Shown here: positions 19,729 through 28,478 of the stretch, piece after piece
Numbering within the stretch: position 1 is the first letter of the stretch
Layout: every line of letters starts with the position of its first letter
Assembly: GCA_964522435.1 (NCBI GenBank)
Contig: CAZFUL010000006.1
Span: 9,573 to 73,572 of the forward strand
Source: an uncultured Gammaproteobacteria bacterium
GTDB taxonomy: Bacteria > Patescibacteriota > Patescibacteriia > Magasanikbacterales > UBA922
Length of the DNA: 64,000 bases
Direction of reading: 5' to 3'
Translations under genes and position numbers: made by a program
The notes under the pieces: generated by a model
Seen by the model: the letters and a program-made list of their open reading frames with translations, nothing else
Database searches by the model: none
Told to the model about the DNA's origin: nothing

Positions 19729-20514
19729 CTATACCCAGCGAACAAAAAAGATAAAAAACATAATCACTAACAAGGCATTGATAACTAAAAATGGCACTTG
19801 TTGTTTCCATTCTATGCCTCTTTTAGAAAAATGAAAGCGCGCAAAAAGCTGCAACAAATACCAACACCAGGTAACTAATAACCCTAAGGCACCATAGACA
19901 AAGGGCAGTAATCCCACTACCCAAATAATTTCTACCGAGGTAATGCCCACAATCATCACCCATAAAATAAGTGGTTTAATCGCACTTTGAAAATATAATC
20001 GCCAAATATGTACTGCTGCATAACTCAATAATAAAGCGCCCCCAAGAATAGTAATCAACGATATGAGCGTTCCCTGAAAAAATGCATGGAATGCAAATAA
20101 GGTAGTCATACCAGCATATACCGTAAAGACCCAACTCATCATAACAACACGACGAAAGGGTTTTATACTTTCCCATAACCCATCATCTTTGATATTCCAA
20201 CCAAAGAGCATGGCATACAATATGACGCTCGCAACCATGACCACGCGACGAATAATGGGCAACTCCACTACAAAAAATAATCCAACGAGACTCAATCCCA
20301 AACAAATAATAAGAGAAAATAATTGATATTGTTGTACGTATCGTGTTTTACTAAAAAAAGAAAGCCCAATAAGGGCTAACAGCCACAGACAAATAAGAGG
20401 AATAACCGTGGCCATACGCGGATATTGTTGTAATAAGAAGAAACACAACAGCGTTATGGCACCAGCAAATACGGCAATAGTGTATCTCCAGGTCGTTCGA
20501 GTAAGTACTTCCAT
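19729..20514 (-). CDS. Multi-TM membrane protein (DUF5656-like)
   Basis: About 8 hydrophobic helices; EIIWVVGLLP motif. Confidence 0.65.
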   Translation of the reverse strand: MEVLTRTTWRYTIAVFAGAITLLCFFLLQQYPRMATVIPLICLWLLALIGLSFFSKTRYVQQYQLFSLIICLGLSLVGLFFVVELPIIRRVVMVASVILYAMLFGWNIKDDGLWESIKPFRRVVMMSWVFTVYAGMTTLFAFHAFFQGTLISLITILGGALLLSYAAVHIWRLYFQSAIKPLILWVMIVGITSVEIIWVVGLLPFVYGALGLLVTWCWYLLQLFARFHFSKRGIEWKQQVPFLVINALLVIMFFIFFVRWV

Positions 20515-20593
20515 ATTGAGAAAAACTGGAAAATATAGTAAAAATAGTATACAATAATTTTCTCTTTATGACAAGAGAAGAATGAATTATTTT

Positions 20594-21040
20594 ATGCCTA
20601 TTTTAGCGAAAAATAAAAAAGCCTATTTTGATTACGAAATCCTCCAAACCCTTGAGGCTGGTTTGGTATTAACGGGAGCAGAAGTAAAATCGCTGCGCCG
20701 TGGTCATATTAACTTTCAGGGAGCATTTATCAGTATACAGCTAAAACATGCCTATTTGAAACAAGCGCATATTGGCCACTATCCCTATGCCGCACAAGTC
20801 CCGGGAGAAAACCCAGAACGAGAAAGAAAACTCTTATTGCATGCAAAAGAAATCGCTTATTTACGCTCAAAATTAGAAGAAAGAGGCTTGACAGTTATCC
20901 CCCTTTCTTTATATACTAAAGGCCCTCGAATTAAACTAGAAATCGCAATTGCCAAAGGAAAGAAAACCTACGACAAACGAGAAAGTATTAAAAAGCGAGA
21001 ACGACAACGAGAAGATGCTCGCATTGCGAAAGAAAGATAG
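20594..21040 (+). CDS. smpB: SsrA-binding protein
   Basis: NKKAYFDY, EAGLVLTGAEVKSLR, RKLLLH, GKKTYDKRESIK. Confidence 0.97.
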   Translation: MPILAKNKKAYFDYEILQTLEAGLVLTGAEVKSLRRGHINFQGAFISIQLKHAYLKQAHIGHYPYAAQVPGENPERERKLLLHAKEIAYLRSKLEERGLTVIPLSLYTKGPRIKLEIAIAKGKKTYDKRESIKKRERQREDARIAKER

Positions 21041-21045
21041 ATCAT

Positions 21046-21455
21046 GGGGATGACAGGGATCGATAGACGGATCCGCTGATATTTATGTGCATACCGAGGT
21101 CGCCTGTCCTCGTTAAAAGGCAAGGCAACACACAAGTGCAAACCTTGTAAACCGAGTTAGCAACGTATTTGCCCGTGTTTCACGCGCATTTACTCCAGCG
21201 CTCGCAACCGCTGTCGCGTAATAGCTTGATAGCCATCGCGCCCACGATACTCAATAGTGGAACCGTGGTGTCAACCCAATTGAGTGTAGATAGCGGATAT
21301 CTTGCATGGGTATCCCCCATCGAAATAAACCCCATGCAGGCTCTTGTGGATGTTGCTGGTTATATACCAACAATGAGCCTCAAAAAAAATCAGCTATGTA
21401 TGTAGGACATGATATAAGCCCGGACTAGACCCGAGTTCAATTCTCGGCATCTCCA
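21046..21455 (+). ncRNA. ssrA: tmRNA
   Basis: Acceptor stem GGGGATG/CATCTCC with G3.U; T-arm CCGAG-TTCAATT-CTCGG; tag ORF 21138-21221; follows smpB. Confidence 0.93.
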
Positions 21456-21459
21456 CAAA

Positions 21460-21562
21460 AACAATGAGCAATGAACAATAAACAATGAACAAAACTTTCC
21501 CGTTCTGCAGTTTATTGAAGATAGCAAAATTGTTAATTGTTTATTGCTAATTGTTAATTGTT
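21460..21562. repeat. Inverted arrays of 7-bp repeats
   Basis: (AACAATG-like)x5 ... (AATTGTT-like)x5. Confidence 0.7.
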
Positions 21563-21565
21563 ACT

Positions 21566-22117
21566 ATGCGCATCTCCCGAAAAAAACGCCCGGAAAAACT
21601 CCTGATACCGGAATATAAAATGAACCAAAAAATAACCGCACCAGAAGTGCGTTTGTTAGGTTTAGAAGGAAACAACTTAGATGTCATGCCAACAGAACAA
21701 GCGATTCAAATGGCAAAAGACGATGGATTTGATTTAGTAGAAATTAATCCTAAAGCCAATCCTCCTGTTGCGCAAATCATGGATTTTAAGCAATTTAAAT
21801 ACCAAAAAGAAAAACAAGCACGAAAACAAAAGCAACAAATCCATGTAAGTGATATAAAAGGTATTCGCCTTTCTGTGCGTATTGGAAAAGGAGACATGGA
21901 AACCAAACGAAAACAAGCGGAAAAATTTTTAGAACGAGGAGATAAAGTAAAATTAGAGATTATTCTGCGTGGACCAGAACGCTTTAAAACGCCCTTAGCT
22001 TTTGATGTTATAAAAGAGTTCAATACCTTAATTCAGGCACAAATGCCGGTAAAATGGGAGCAAGAAGCCGTTCGCCAAGGCAATAAAATCACAGCAATCA
22101 TGGTAAAGGCCTCATAA
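21566..22117 (+). CDS. infC: Translation initiation factor IF-3
   Basis: NQKITAPEVRL, DLVEINPKANPPVAQIMDF, FLERGDKVK. Confidence 0.96.
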   Translation: MRISRKKRPEKLLIPEYKMNQKITAPEVRLLGLEGNNLDVMPTEQAIQMAKDDGFDLVEINPKANPPVAQIMDFKQFKYQKEKQARKQKQQIHVSDIKGIRLSVRIGKGDMETKRKQAEKFLERGDKVKLEIILRGPERFKTPLAFDVIKEFNTLIQAQMPVKWEQEAVRQGNKITAIMVKAS

Positions 22118-22141
22118 GCAGCTATCCCCACAGGACGGCTC

Positions 22142-22170
22142 TTGACGATTTTGTTTATTTCCTCTATACT
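22142..22170 (+). promoter_or_regulatory. Promoter for rpmI-rplT
   Basis: TTGACG-17-TATACT. Confidence 0.65.
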
Positions 22171-22198
22171 ACTGACACTTTCAATTGTTGACAATTAT

Positions 22199-22420
22199 AT
22201 GCCAAAGATGAAAACTCACAATGCTATTGATAAACGCTTTAAAGTAAAGAAGAAAAGAAAGCAACCAAATGGCACCAACGTCGCAAAAGTTATCAAATGT
22301 ACTGATGGCCGCGGACATTTTAATGCCCGAGAAAACGGCAAAACTAAACGAAATAAACGGTCTGATAAGACTATGTCACCAAGCATGCACAAAACCATTT
22401 TGCGTGCGATTATTGCGTAA
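22199..22420 (+). CDS. rpmI: 50S ribosomal protein bL35
   Basis: MPKMKTH..IDKRFK; position between infC and rplT. Confidence 0.88.
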   Translation: MPKMKTHNAIDKRFKVKKKRKQPNGTNVAKVIKCTDGRGHFNARENGKTKRNKRSDKTMSPSMHKTILRAIIA

Positions 22421-22435
22421 TTACCTACCTGATAT

Positions 22436-22780
22436 ATGCCAAGAGTAAAACGAGGGTTAGGCCACATCAAAAAACGACGAAACCTGTTAAAACGGGTAAA
22501 GGGATTTGGCGATGGTCGTAAAAACCTGATTAAACGAGCAAAGACCGCAGATACTCGCGCAGGCGCACATGCCTACCGAGATCGACGTGTAAAAAAACGA
22601 ACATTCCGCCGTCTCTGGCAAGTTCGCATTAATGCAGCAGTCCGAGATGTTGAAATGAGTTATAGTGTATTCGTTGGTGCACTCAAAAAGAAACAAGTGG
22701 GATTGAACCGCAAAGTACTTTCAGAGATTGCAGCCGAAAAACCAGCCGTATTCAAAAAAATTGTTGACTTCGTAAAATAA
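22436..22780 (+). CDS. rplT: 50S ribosomal protein bL20
   Basis: MPRVKRG, AYRDRRVKKRTFRRLWQVRINAA, LNRKVLSEIA. Confidence 0.98.
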   Translation: MPRVKRGLGHIKKRRNLLKRVKGFGDGRKNLIKRAKTADTRAGAHAYRDRRVKKRTFRRLWQVRINAAVRDVEMSYSVFVGALKKKQVGLNRKVLSEIAAEKPAVFKKIVDFVK

Positions 22781-22784
22781 CGAT

Positions 22785-22816
22785 AAAACCCTGCACCAGA
22801 ACGTTGCAGGGTTTTT
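22785..22816 (+). terminator. Intrinsic terminator
   Basis: AAAACCCTGCA...TGCAGGGTTTTT. Confidence 0.8.
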
Positions 22817-22866
22817 ATATTCCAAAAAAAATACCCTACTTGTCCACTGACAAGTACCCTTGCTAC

Positions 22867-22895
22867 TTGACACAATGCAAATCCGGTGCTAGACT
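22867..22895 (+). promoter_or_regulatory. Strong sigma70-type promoter of the double-hairpin RNA
   Basis: TTGACA-17-TAGACT with extended -10 TG. Confidence 0.75.
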
Positions 22896-22901
22896 GTGTT
22901 A

Positions 22902-23106
22902 TTAAAAATTTTAAGAGGTCGATAGCGTGTTCGACGTTTGAGCAACAGATGCCCCCTCCTTCATCTGTTCTGCTCACGTCGAACACCCTGTCTGCCTCAT
23001 AAAAAAGACGCTTGCTGTAGCTCGATAGAATGTTCGATGTTTGAGCGGAGGTGCCCCCTCCTTCACCTCTATGCTCACATCGAACATTGTGTCGAGCTTT
23101 TTTTTT
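22902..23106 (+). ncRNA. Putative ~200-nt sRNA with two hairpins exposing CCCCCUCCUU loops
   Basis: Own promoter; two homologous long hairpins with compensatory changes; G.U pairs favour the + strand; ends in T9. Confidence 0.75.
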
Positions 23107-23123
23107 CCACATATAAAAAACTA

Positions 23124-23152
23124 TTGACAGGGAAAGATTCCTATAGTATGCT
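23124..23152 (+). promoter_or_regulatory. sigma70-type promoter
   Basis: TTGACA-17-TATGCT. Confidence 0.7.
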
Positions 23153-23220
23153 ATCTGCACATTTTACTCTCATCATTTCTTATTCATCTCCACTGTTTAG
23201 GATTGATTATTAGACGATCT

Positions 23221-23370
23221 ATGGGATACCGCAAAAAAAACAATCAACGAGCAGCACAACAACGTATTGTTTCTCGTAAAAAAAGAAATATCAAAGCAAT
23301 TAAACGCATGAATAAAGCACAGACACCAGGCCAAGCATTACACGAAAAAATGCATGGACGAACCGCGTAA
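23221..23370 (+). CDS. Small very basic protein (49 aa)
   Basis: MGYRKKNNQRAAQQRIVSRKKRNIKAIKRMNKAQTPGQALHEKMHGRTA; below the ORF track cut-off. Confidence 0.6.
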   Translation: MGYRKKNNQRAAQQRIVSRKKRNIKAIKRMNKAQTPGQALHEKMHGRTA

Positions 23371-23454
23371 TAGTTGACCGTTAACAAGTAACAATTAACG
23401 CTTTCAGCGTCTTCCTCGTTAATTGTTATACCTTAACTGTTACCAGTTATGCGT

Positions 23455-23530
23455 GGACCGGTAGTTCAATGGTTAGAGCACCGCCCTGTCACGGCGGAAG
23501 TTGCGGGTTCGAGCCCCGTCCGGTCCGCCA
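23455..23530 (+). tRNA. tRNA-Asp(GTC)
   Basis: Cloverleaf GGACCGG...CCGGTCC-G-CCA; anticodon arm CCGCC-CTGTCAC-GGCGG; GTTCGA. Confidence 0.98.
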
Positions 23531-25168
23531 ATCATCTAAAACTGGGGTAACAACCCTAGTTTTTGTTTTCATTAAGCCAATTTCTTTGGTTATAGTGACT
23601 TTTTTCTTCCGATTGTACTCAATTAGGTAGAGATGTGGAGATTTGGCTGTATAGAGTACAGTTTGATCTTTGAGTACAGGGTTATAGTAAAAAAATTGGA
23701 ACATATCTCTTTTCTCTTCTGGGGTTGTTCCATAAAATCGGTCTTTGATGTTTTTTACAAAATCGAGATACGAAACGCAGGCTTCATACCAAACTTCTTC
23801 ATTTTTTTCTGTTACTCCCATTTCATCTTGTATAAGCTGCCTTTGTTTCGTTAACATTTCCTTCTGATACTTAAAATCTTCAATACTCAATAAATCCCCT
23901 TCTTTATTCTCTGGAGATATTTTCAGACTTACGAGGTTCTGGAACTTTGTCTCAATATTTTTTAATTCAGCAGTCTGTTTCTTCCGTTTTGCATTGTACA
24001 TCTCAACTTCTCCCGCATTTGTTTTATTTATCTCCTCAATAGCAAGCTCATAAAACTCTTCATCTATTTGTATATCTTCTAATAGGGCTTCGAGCTGTTT
24101 GTCTATCTCTGTTTCGGGTGTATATGCAATACCCTTACACTTCATGCACCTATAATAGACATGACCTTTTGCAGTAAGGGCTGATATATTTTTGCCACAC
24201 TCACCGCAAGCCATACTATTTGTATACCTGTAATAGTTCTTTGCGGAATGTGGCTTAGATCGCAATCCTAAGGCCTCTTGAGTGCGGTGAAAAAGCTCCT
24301 TTGTGATGAGTGCTTCATGACGAGTTTCTTCCGGTAACTCATCCGGCTCTATAATACTTTCCTTCCATGGAATAGCTCCATAGTAGAATGGATTTGTTAA
24401 TATTCTATGAATTGTCTGCTTACTTAACATCTTCTTGCTTCTGGTTGCGATAAGTCCCCATGACTCACTTTCTCTCCTTAGATGTGCAAGTGTGTACTTC
24501 CCAGTGGCTGATAAAATAAACAACTTTTTAACCAATGGAGCAATAATCGGATCTTGCTCGACCCGCTTCAAACGATGCCTACTCTCTTCCAGCACCGATT
24601 GCTTCTCTATCGTAAAACGCTTCCCTGATATCTTCCCATCCTTGTCTATATTCAAATAGCCTAATGGTGCATTTGACGGGTACTCCCCCTTCCTCAGCTT
24701 GGCCTTTATATCTCTCTGTACGAAATTACTTGTATCATCCGATGATTTTTTTGACATGGCCAGCTGAAGAGCCATAATAAAACCATCGTCACTATTTTTG
24801 TCGTATATTTTTTCTGGTGTACGAACGACATGTATCTCCCCCGTGTGAAGTTTGTGAAGCAACACTCCTGTATCAAGTGCATTCCGAGAAAGCCGAGATA
24901 AATGGCAACATAGGATCGCATCGGCTTTTCCCTCCTCCAAAATTTGGAGCATTCTCTTAAACTCTGGCCGACCAGGCGAATATGCAGATGCTGACTCCTC
25001 AAAATCAGCAATAATATTCAGATTGTGTCTCTTACATAATTTTTTCAAAACATCATCCTGAGAACGCAAACTCAATACCTGCCTATCATTTTCCTCAGAA
25101 GACTTTCTTTTATAGATAACATAACGAAGTTTATTTGGATCTAATTGTTTCTCTTCGTCAAAAAACAT
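23489..25168 (-). CDS. Large serine recombinase (resolvase, recombinase and Zn-ribbon domains)
   Basis: YKRKSSE catalytic motif, SRLSRN, APLGY, NPFYYG, CGECG...YYRC. Confidence 0.93.
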   Translation of the reverse strand: MFFDEEKQLDPNKLRYVIYKRKSSEENDRQVLSLRSQDDVLKKLCKRHNLNIIADFEESASAYSPGRPEFKRMLQILEEGKADAILCCHLSRLSRNALDTGVLLHKLHTGEIHVVRTPEKIYDKNSDDGFIMALQLAMSKKSSDDTSNFVQRDIKAKLRKGEYPSNAPLGYLNIDKDGKISGKRFTIEKQSVLEESRHRLKRVEQDPIIAPLVKKLFILSATGKYTLAHLRRESESWGLIATRSKKMLSKQTIHRILTNPFYYGAIPWKESIIEPDELPEETRHEALITKELFHRTQEALGLRSKPHSAKNYYRYTNSMACGECGKNISALTAKGHVYYRCMKCKGIAYTPETEIDKQLEALLEDIQIDEEFYELAIEEINKTNAGEVEMYNAKRKKQTAELKNIETKFQNLVSLKISPENKEGDLLSIEDFKYQKEMLTKQRQLIQDEMGVTEKNEEVWYEACVSYLDFVKNIKDRFYGTTPEEKRDMFQFFYYNPVLKDQTVLYTAKSPHLYLIEYNRKKKVTITKEIGLMKTKTRVVTPVLDDWRTGRGSNPQLPP

Positions 25169-25222
25169 ATAATAGTATTATGAAATCTATAATCAGACAA
25201 TACCGAAAAAAATGGATTAAGT

Positions 25223-25360
25223 CTACTTTTTTACAGTCCCAATTTTTATAAATCTGATCAGATGACCAAATAATTCAAGAGCCTCTTGCTTCGTCAGCAG
25301 GATATTATACTTTCTTTGATACAATTCAATGTATTTTTTTAGACCTTCCTCAGTAATCAT
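25223..25360 (-). CDS. Small helical protein upstream of the recombinase (45 aa)
   Basis: MITEEGLKKYIELYQRKYNILLTKQEALELFGHLIRFIKIGTVKK; start overlaps the stop of the upstream gene. Confidence 0.65.
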   Translation of the reverse strand: MITEEGLKKYIELYQRKYNILLTKQEALELFGHLIRFIKIGTVKK

Positions 25361-25955
25361 ATCCAAAACCCAAGGATGTAATCATTTCAACAAGCTCATT
25401 ACTTAATCTCAATGTTTTTTGAAAACCTTTAGTAGGCCTTCCACGGTAGTATCTTTTTTTCATCTGTTTATTAAGAGTATCCAATTTCTGCTTCTTCCAG
25501 AACATCTTTTGTATTAAATATGTCAGACTCTTTGAGTTACATGTTCTAGTCTCATACGTTAGTCTATGACACTCATGGCATCCAAATTTACCGTCTAGGA
25601 AATAAAGACTTGCTATTCTCCTATCACATTCGCAAACAAACCATCTTCTAAACCCACCAAAATAGCATGGCGTTGAAGTGAGGTTTATATAACGGTATTG
25701 TAATACCCACTCTCCACTTTTCTTGTAAGAACAATATATTTTAAGCCCTTCGTTCCCGAGTTGATCTACTCGAAACTTAGGAATGAATAAGACTCTCTTA
25801 AATGGAAAGCCCCTATCCATCCGGTAAGTAACTTCAATTTCTCCTTCTTTATTCTTTTCAAAAACAAGCCTACTTATTGGTAAACAATCTATCTGACCTG
25901 TTGTTTTCTTTGGGTTTGGATGGTAGTAGGTCATACACTTTAAAGCCGAAATCAT
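25350..25955 (-). CDS. Zn-ribbon hypothetical protein typical of integrative elements
   Basis: TPCYFGGFRRWFVCEC...LY...FGCHECHRLTY motif. Confidence 0.7.
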   Translation of the reverse strand: MISALKCMTYYHPNPKKTTGQIDCLPISRLVFEKNKEGEIEVTYRMDRGFPFKRVLFIPKFRVDQLGNEGLKIYCSYKKSGEWVLQYRYINLTSTPCYFGGFRRWFVCECDRRIASLYFLDGKFGCHECHRLTYETRTCNSKSLTYLIQKMFWKKQKLDTLNKQMKKRYYRGRPTKGFQKTLRLSNELVEMITSLGFGYDY

Positions 25956-26058
25956 TAGAGATAGAGTGCTTTTTTCACAGTTTATTTACGTTTTTCTTTA
26001 CAGTAACAAAATAAAAAAAGACCGTCGTTACGGTCTCACTATTTCTTGTTACTTCTCA

Positions 26059-26907
26059 TTACTTCTCTCGGTTTTCCCCCTTTCGTTTCCTTCTTACGAC
26101 TTTCATGACTTCTCTGATATCAACATCTTGCAATTCCTTTGGAATATCTTTCTTACGTACAGGATTTAAAAATCGCATAGCATCTTTCGATGTATCTGGG
26201 AAGAATATATATTTTAGTTCGTTGATAAAAGCCAATTCCCTTACCACAAATATAAGGCTCTTTTTTAGTGGTTCGCCATTTATCCTAATATCCTCCCTAT
26301 GTATTATTATATTCGGATTTGCATAAATGTAGTCGAAGGCTTTATGGTTCACTCCTTCAAAATTAGGTTTAGACAAAAACATACTGTTTACCTTTATATT
26401 TCTTCCATCATACTCAACTCTAAAGACTACATCCTCTTCATTTTCAGGTATACCCTCTATAACAGGTATCGTTGCAAGATGCCCTTTTATTGCTTCTTTA
26501 TCCCTTATTAAAAAATCCAAACTTGTTTCATTTGCCAATTCGAGTGCGGGGACATCTGGATATCTTCTTCCCAATTCCACACCATCTACAAATCCTTCCA
26601 AAACATCCTCCACGCCCTCTTCTTTTATAGAAAAGGTATCAATATGCCCAACTAACCATTTTCGCTTCAATAACTGCCTCACAATGTCCACAAACGTAGC
26701 TTCACGTATGTATAGGCTCATCCCCCTATACTCAAAACTATTAGATAAGCTATACCTTTCTTCTTCCAATCGTTCCTCTACTTCTCTAACACTCATTCCG
26801 GACAAATCGTCACTATCGTACCCTGATATTTCTACGAGCTTTGATAATAGGAAAAAAGATGCTTGTTGTTGGTTTTCTATGTATGGCATATACATATATT
26901 TTACCAA
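26059..26907 (-). CDS. Hypothetical protein, possible C-terminal winged helix
   Basis: 282-aa ORF; start uncertain. Confidence 0.6.
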   Translation of the reverse strand: MVKYMYMPYIENQQQASFFLLSKLVEISGYDSDDLSGMSVREVEERLEEERYSLSNSFEYRGMSLYIREATFVDIVRQLLKRKWLVGHIDTFSIKEEGVEDVLEGFVDGVELGRRYPDVPALELANETSLDFLIRDKEAIKGHLATIPVIEGIPENEEDVVFRVEYDGRNIKVNSMFLSKPNFEGVNHKAFDYIYANPNIIIHREDIRINGEPLKKSLIFVVRELAFINELKYIFFPDTSKDAMRFLNPVRKKDIPKELQDVDIREVMKVVRRKRKGENREK

Positions 26908-26976
26908 AAAATCTCTTATTTTTCCAGATCATTTTTTTAACTTGTTTTTTACAAAAAAATAGGGTAATATATATGC

Positions 26977-27135
26977 GACTGCCTACAAACTAACGCAAAA
27001 AGTTCTATTATTTAAGGCCTTGGACTGTCTCAGTCTTTTCCGTTTGCGGATAAAGACGGGGCAGTCAACCTCCACAAACGGAAGGCCTTAGGGCTTTTTG
27101 CGAATAGTGGGCAGTCTGGTTGGCTGTCCTTTTTT
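26977..27135 (+). promoter_or_regulatory. Structured leader RNA with terminator/antiterminator
   Basis: Nested stems; terminator GGGCAGTC-TGGTT-GGCTGTCC-T6; promoter TTGTTT-17-TAATAT at 26942-26970. Confidence 0.6.
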
Positions 27136-27154
27136 GTTATTTAATTTTTTTAAT

Positions 27155-27547
27155 ATGCATTCAAAAATTCAAGAGGCAATATCTGCAGGATTATCAGAGG
27201 AGGATGCTAAGTACATCCTTTCAAAAAACCCCGAAGTTAAAAAAATAGCGTTGGACATCCTAGAAAATCAACAAGGCGGTACACTCTATTTAAAACACAA
27301 TGGATCACATCCTCAATCTCTATTTGGGCGTGAAAACTATCAATTAGTTGGAGACGAAAAACTTCTACAAATTATGGCCAACTGCTATGACAGTAGGCTC
27401 GATACCCTATCTGGGAAAATTGGATGGAAATCAATATATGCTAATCCCGGTATAAAAAAAATACTATTGAAAATACTAAACCCTTGGTTTGGAAGATACC
27501 CCTCTAATTTTACTCGGCAGGCAATGTTAAAAAAACTTTTAATGTAA
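27155..27547 (+). CDS. Hypothetical protein
   Basis: MHSKIQEAISAG...; ATG just after the leader terminator. Confidence 0.6.
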   Translation: MHSKIQEAISAGLSEEDAKYILSKNPEVKKIALDILENQQGGTLYLKHNGSHPQSLFGRENYQLVGDEKLLQIMANCYDSRLDTLSGKIGWKSIYANPGIKKILLKILNPWFGRYPSNFTRQAMLKKLLM

Positions 27548-27553
27548 AAAAAT

Positions 27554-27751
27554 ATGGAAACAAAGAAAGAGAAAATAAACTCTGAACATAAGAAAATAGC
27601 TTGGCATCAAAATTTCAAGTGGTGGCACATCACTTTGATTTCTTTATTTTCTGCCGGGTTGTACTTGGTAACTAAAATTGTTATTTTTGATTATATCTTT
27701 TTAGTTGGATTTGTTTACTCTATTGTACTTGCTTTCAAAAAGAAAACTTAA
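27554..27751 (+). CDS. Small 2-TM membrane protein
   Basis: Two hydrophobic helices; 6 nt after the previous gene. Confidence 0.6.
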   Translation: METKKEKINSEHKKIAWHQNFKWWHITLISLFSAGLYLVTKIVIFDYIFLVGFVYSIVLAFKKKT

Positions 27752-27881
27752 AGTTGGATCAAGCAAGGCTAATTTAGTTTCCACAATTTAGTACACCCAA
27801 AAAAGAGTTAATGATTGTCCTTCGTCCTAATTTTTGATATACTATATGTAAGTTCTTCACCCTCCCTAATCCTATATCTTT

Positions 27882-28478
27882 ATGACTAAAGATAAAACAA
27901 TTCGTTTTGCTTTCAAAAAAATTCTACAGGATCAATATGGTGATGACCCTAATACAAAAATAATTGAGGAATTAGGTGTTGCACATGGTGCTGCACGTAT
28001 AGATATAGCATCGGTTAATGGAATAATACATGGCTACGAACTCAAAAGTGATGCAGACACACTAAACCGCCTTCCGGAACAGATGGAAATTTACAACATG
28101 ATTTTTGACAAAATCACACTGATTGTAGGAAAAACCCATGTACATGAAGCAATAAAAAAAATCCCTGATTGGTGGGGAATTACACTAGCTAAAATTTCCA
28201 GTTCTGGTGATATTGTTTTCCTCTCAATTAGAGAGGCTGAGTTTAATAAAAAACAAGATTATTTTACCATAGCAAAATTACTCTGGAGACAAGAGGCTTT
28301 GTATATTCTAGAAGAACTAAAGGCAGCAAAAGGCATTAGGTCAAAATCTAGAGACACAATATATAATCGACTCGTCGAAACACTAGACCCTGACGTACTC
28401 AAAAAAACTGTAAACGAACAGTTGCGTATTAGGTTAAATTGGCGATCTGATACAGCACAAACTCTATGTGGTGGTTAA
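27882..28478 (+). CDS. sce7726-family protein (PD-(D/E)XK-like)
   Basis: EELGV..G.ARIDIA..NG..HGYELKSDADTLNRLPEQ...WWGI pattern. Confidence 0.8.
   Translation: MTKDKTIRFAFKKILQDQYGDDPNTKIIEELGVAHGAARIDIASVNGIIHGYELKSDADTLNRLPEQMEIYNMIFDKITLIVGKTHVHEAIKKIPDWWGITLAKISSSGDIVFLSIREAEFNKKQDYFTIAKLLWRQEALYILEELKAAKGIRSKSRDTIYNRLVETLDPDVLKKTVNEQLRIRLNWRSDTAQTLCGG

Noticed and set aside
21169-21405. 78-aa ORF
   Set aside because: Lies inside tmRNA and is not in the tag frame
22199-22420. Short insertion in bL35 and ATG start of infC
   Set aside because: Real but minor lineage variation with no support for a special function
22660-23213. ORFs over the double-hairpin region; 6S RNA interpretation
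   Set aside because: The ORFs overlap rplT or the repeats and have no protein features; two separate hairpins do not match the single 6S rod with central bubble
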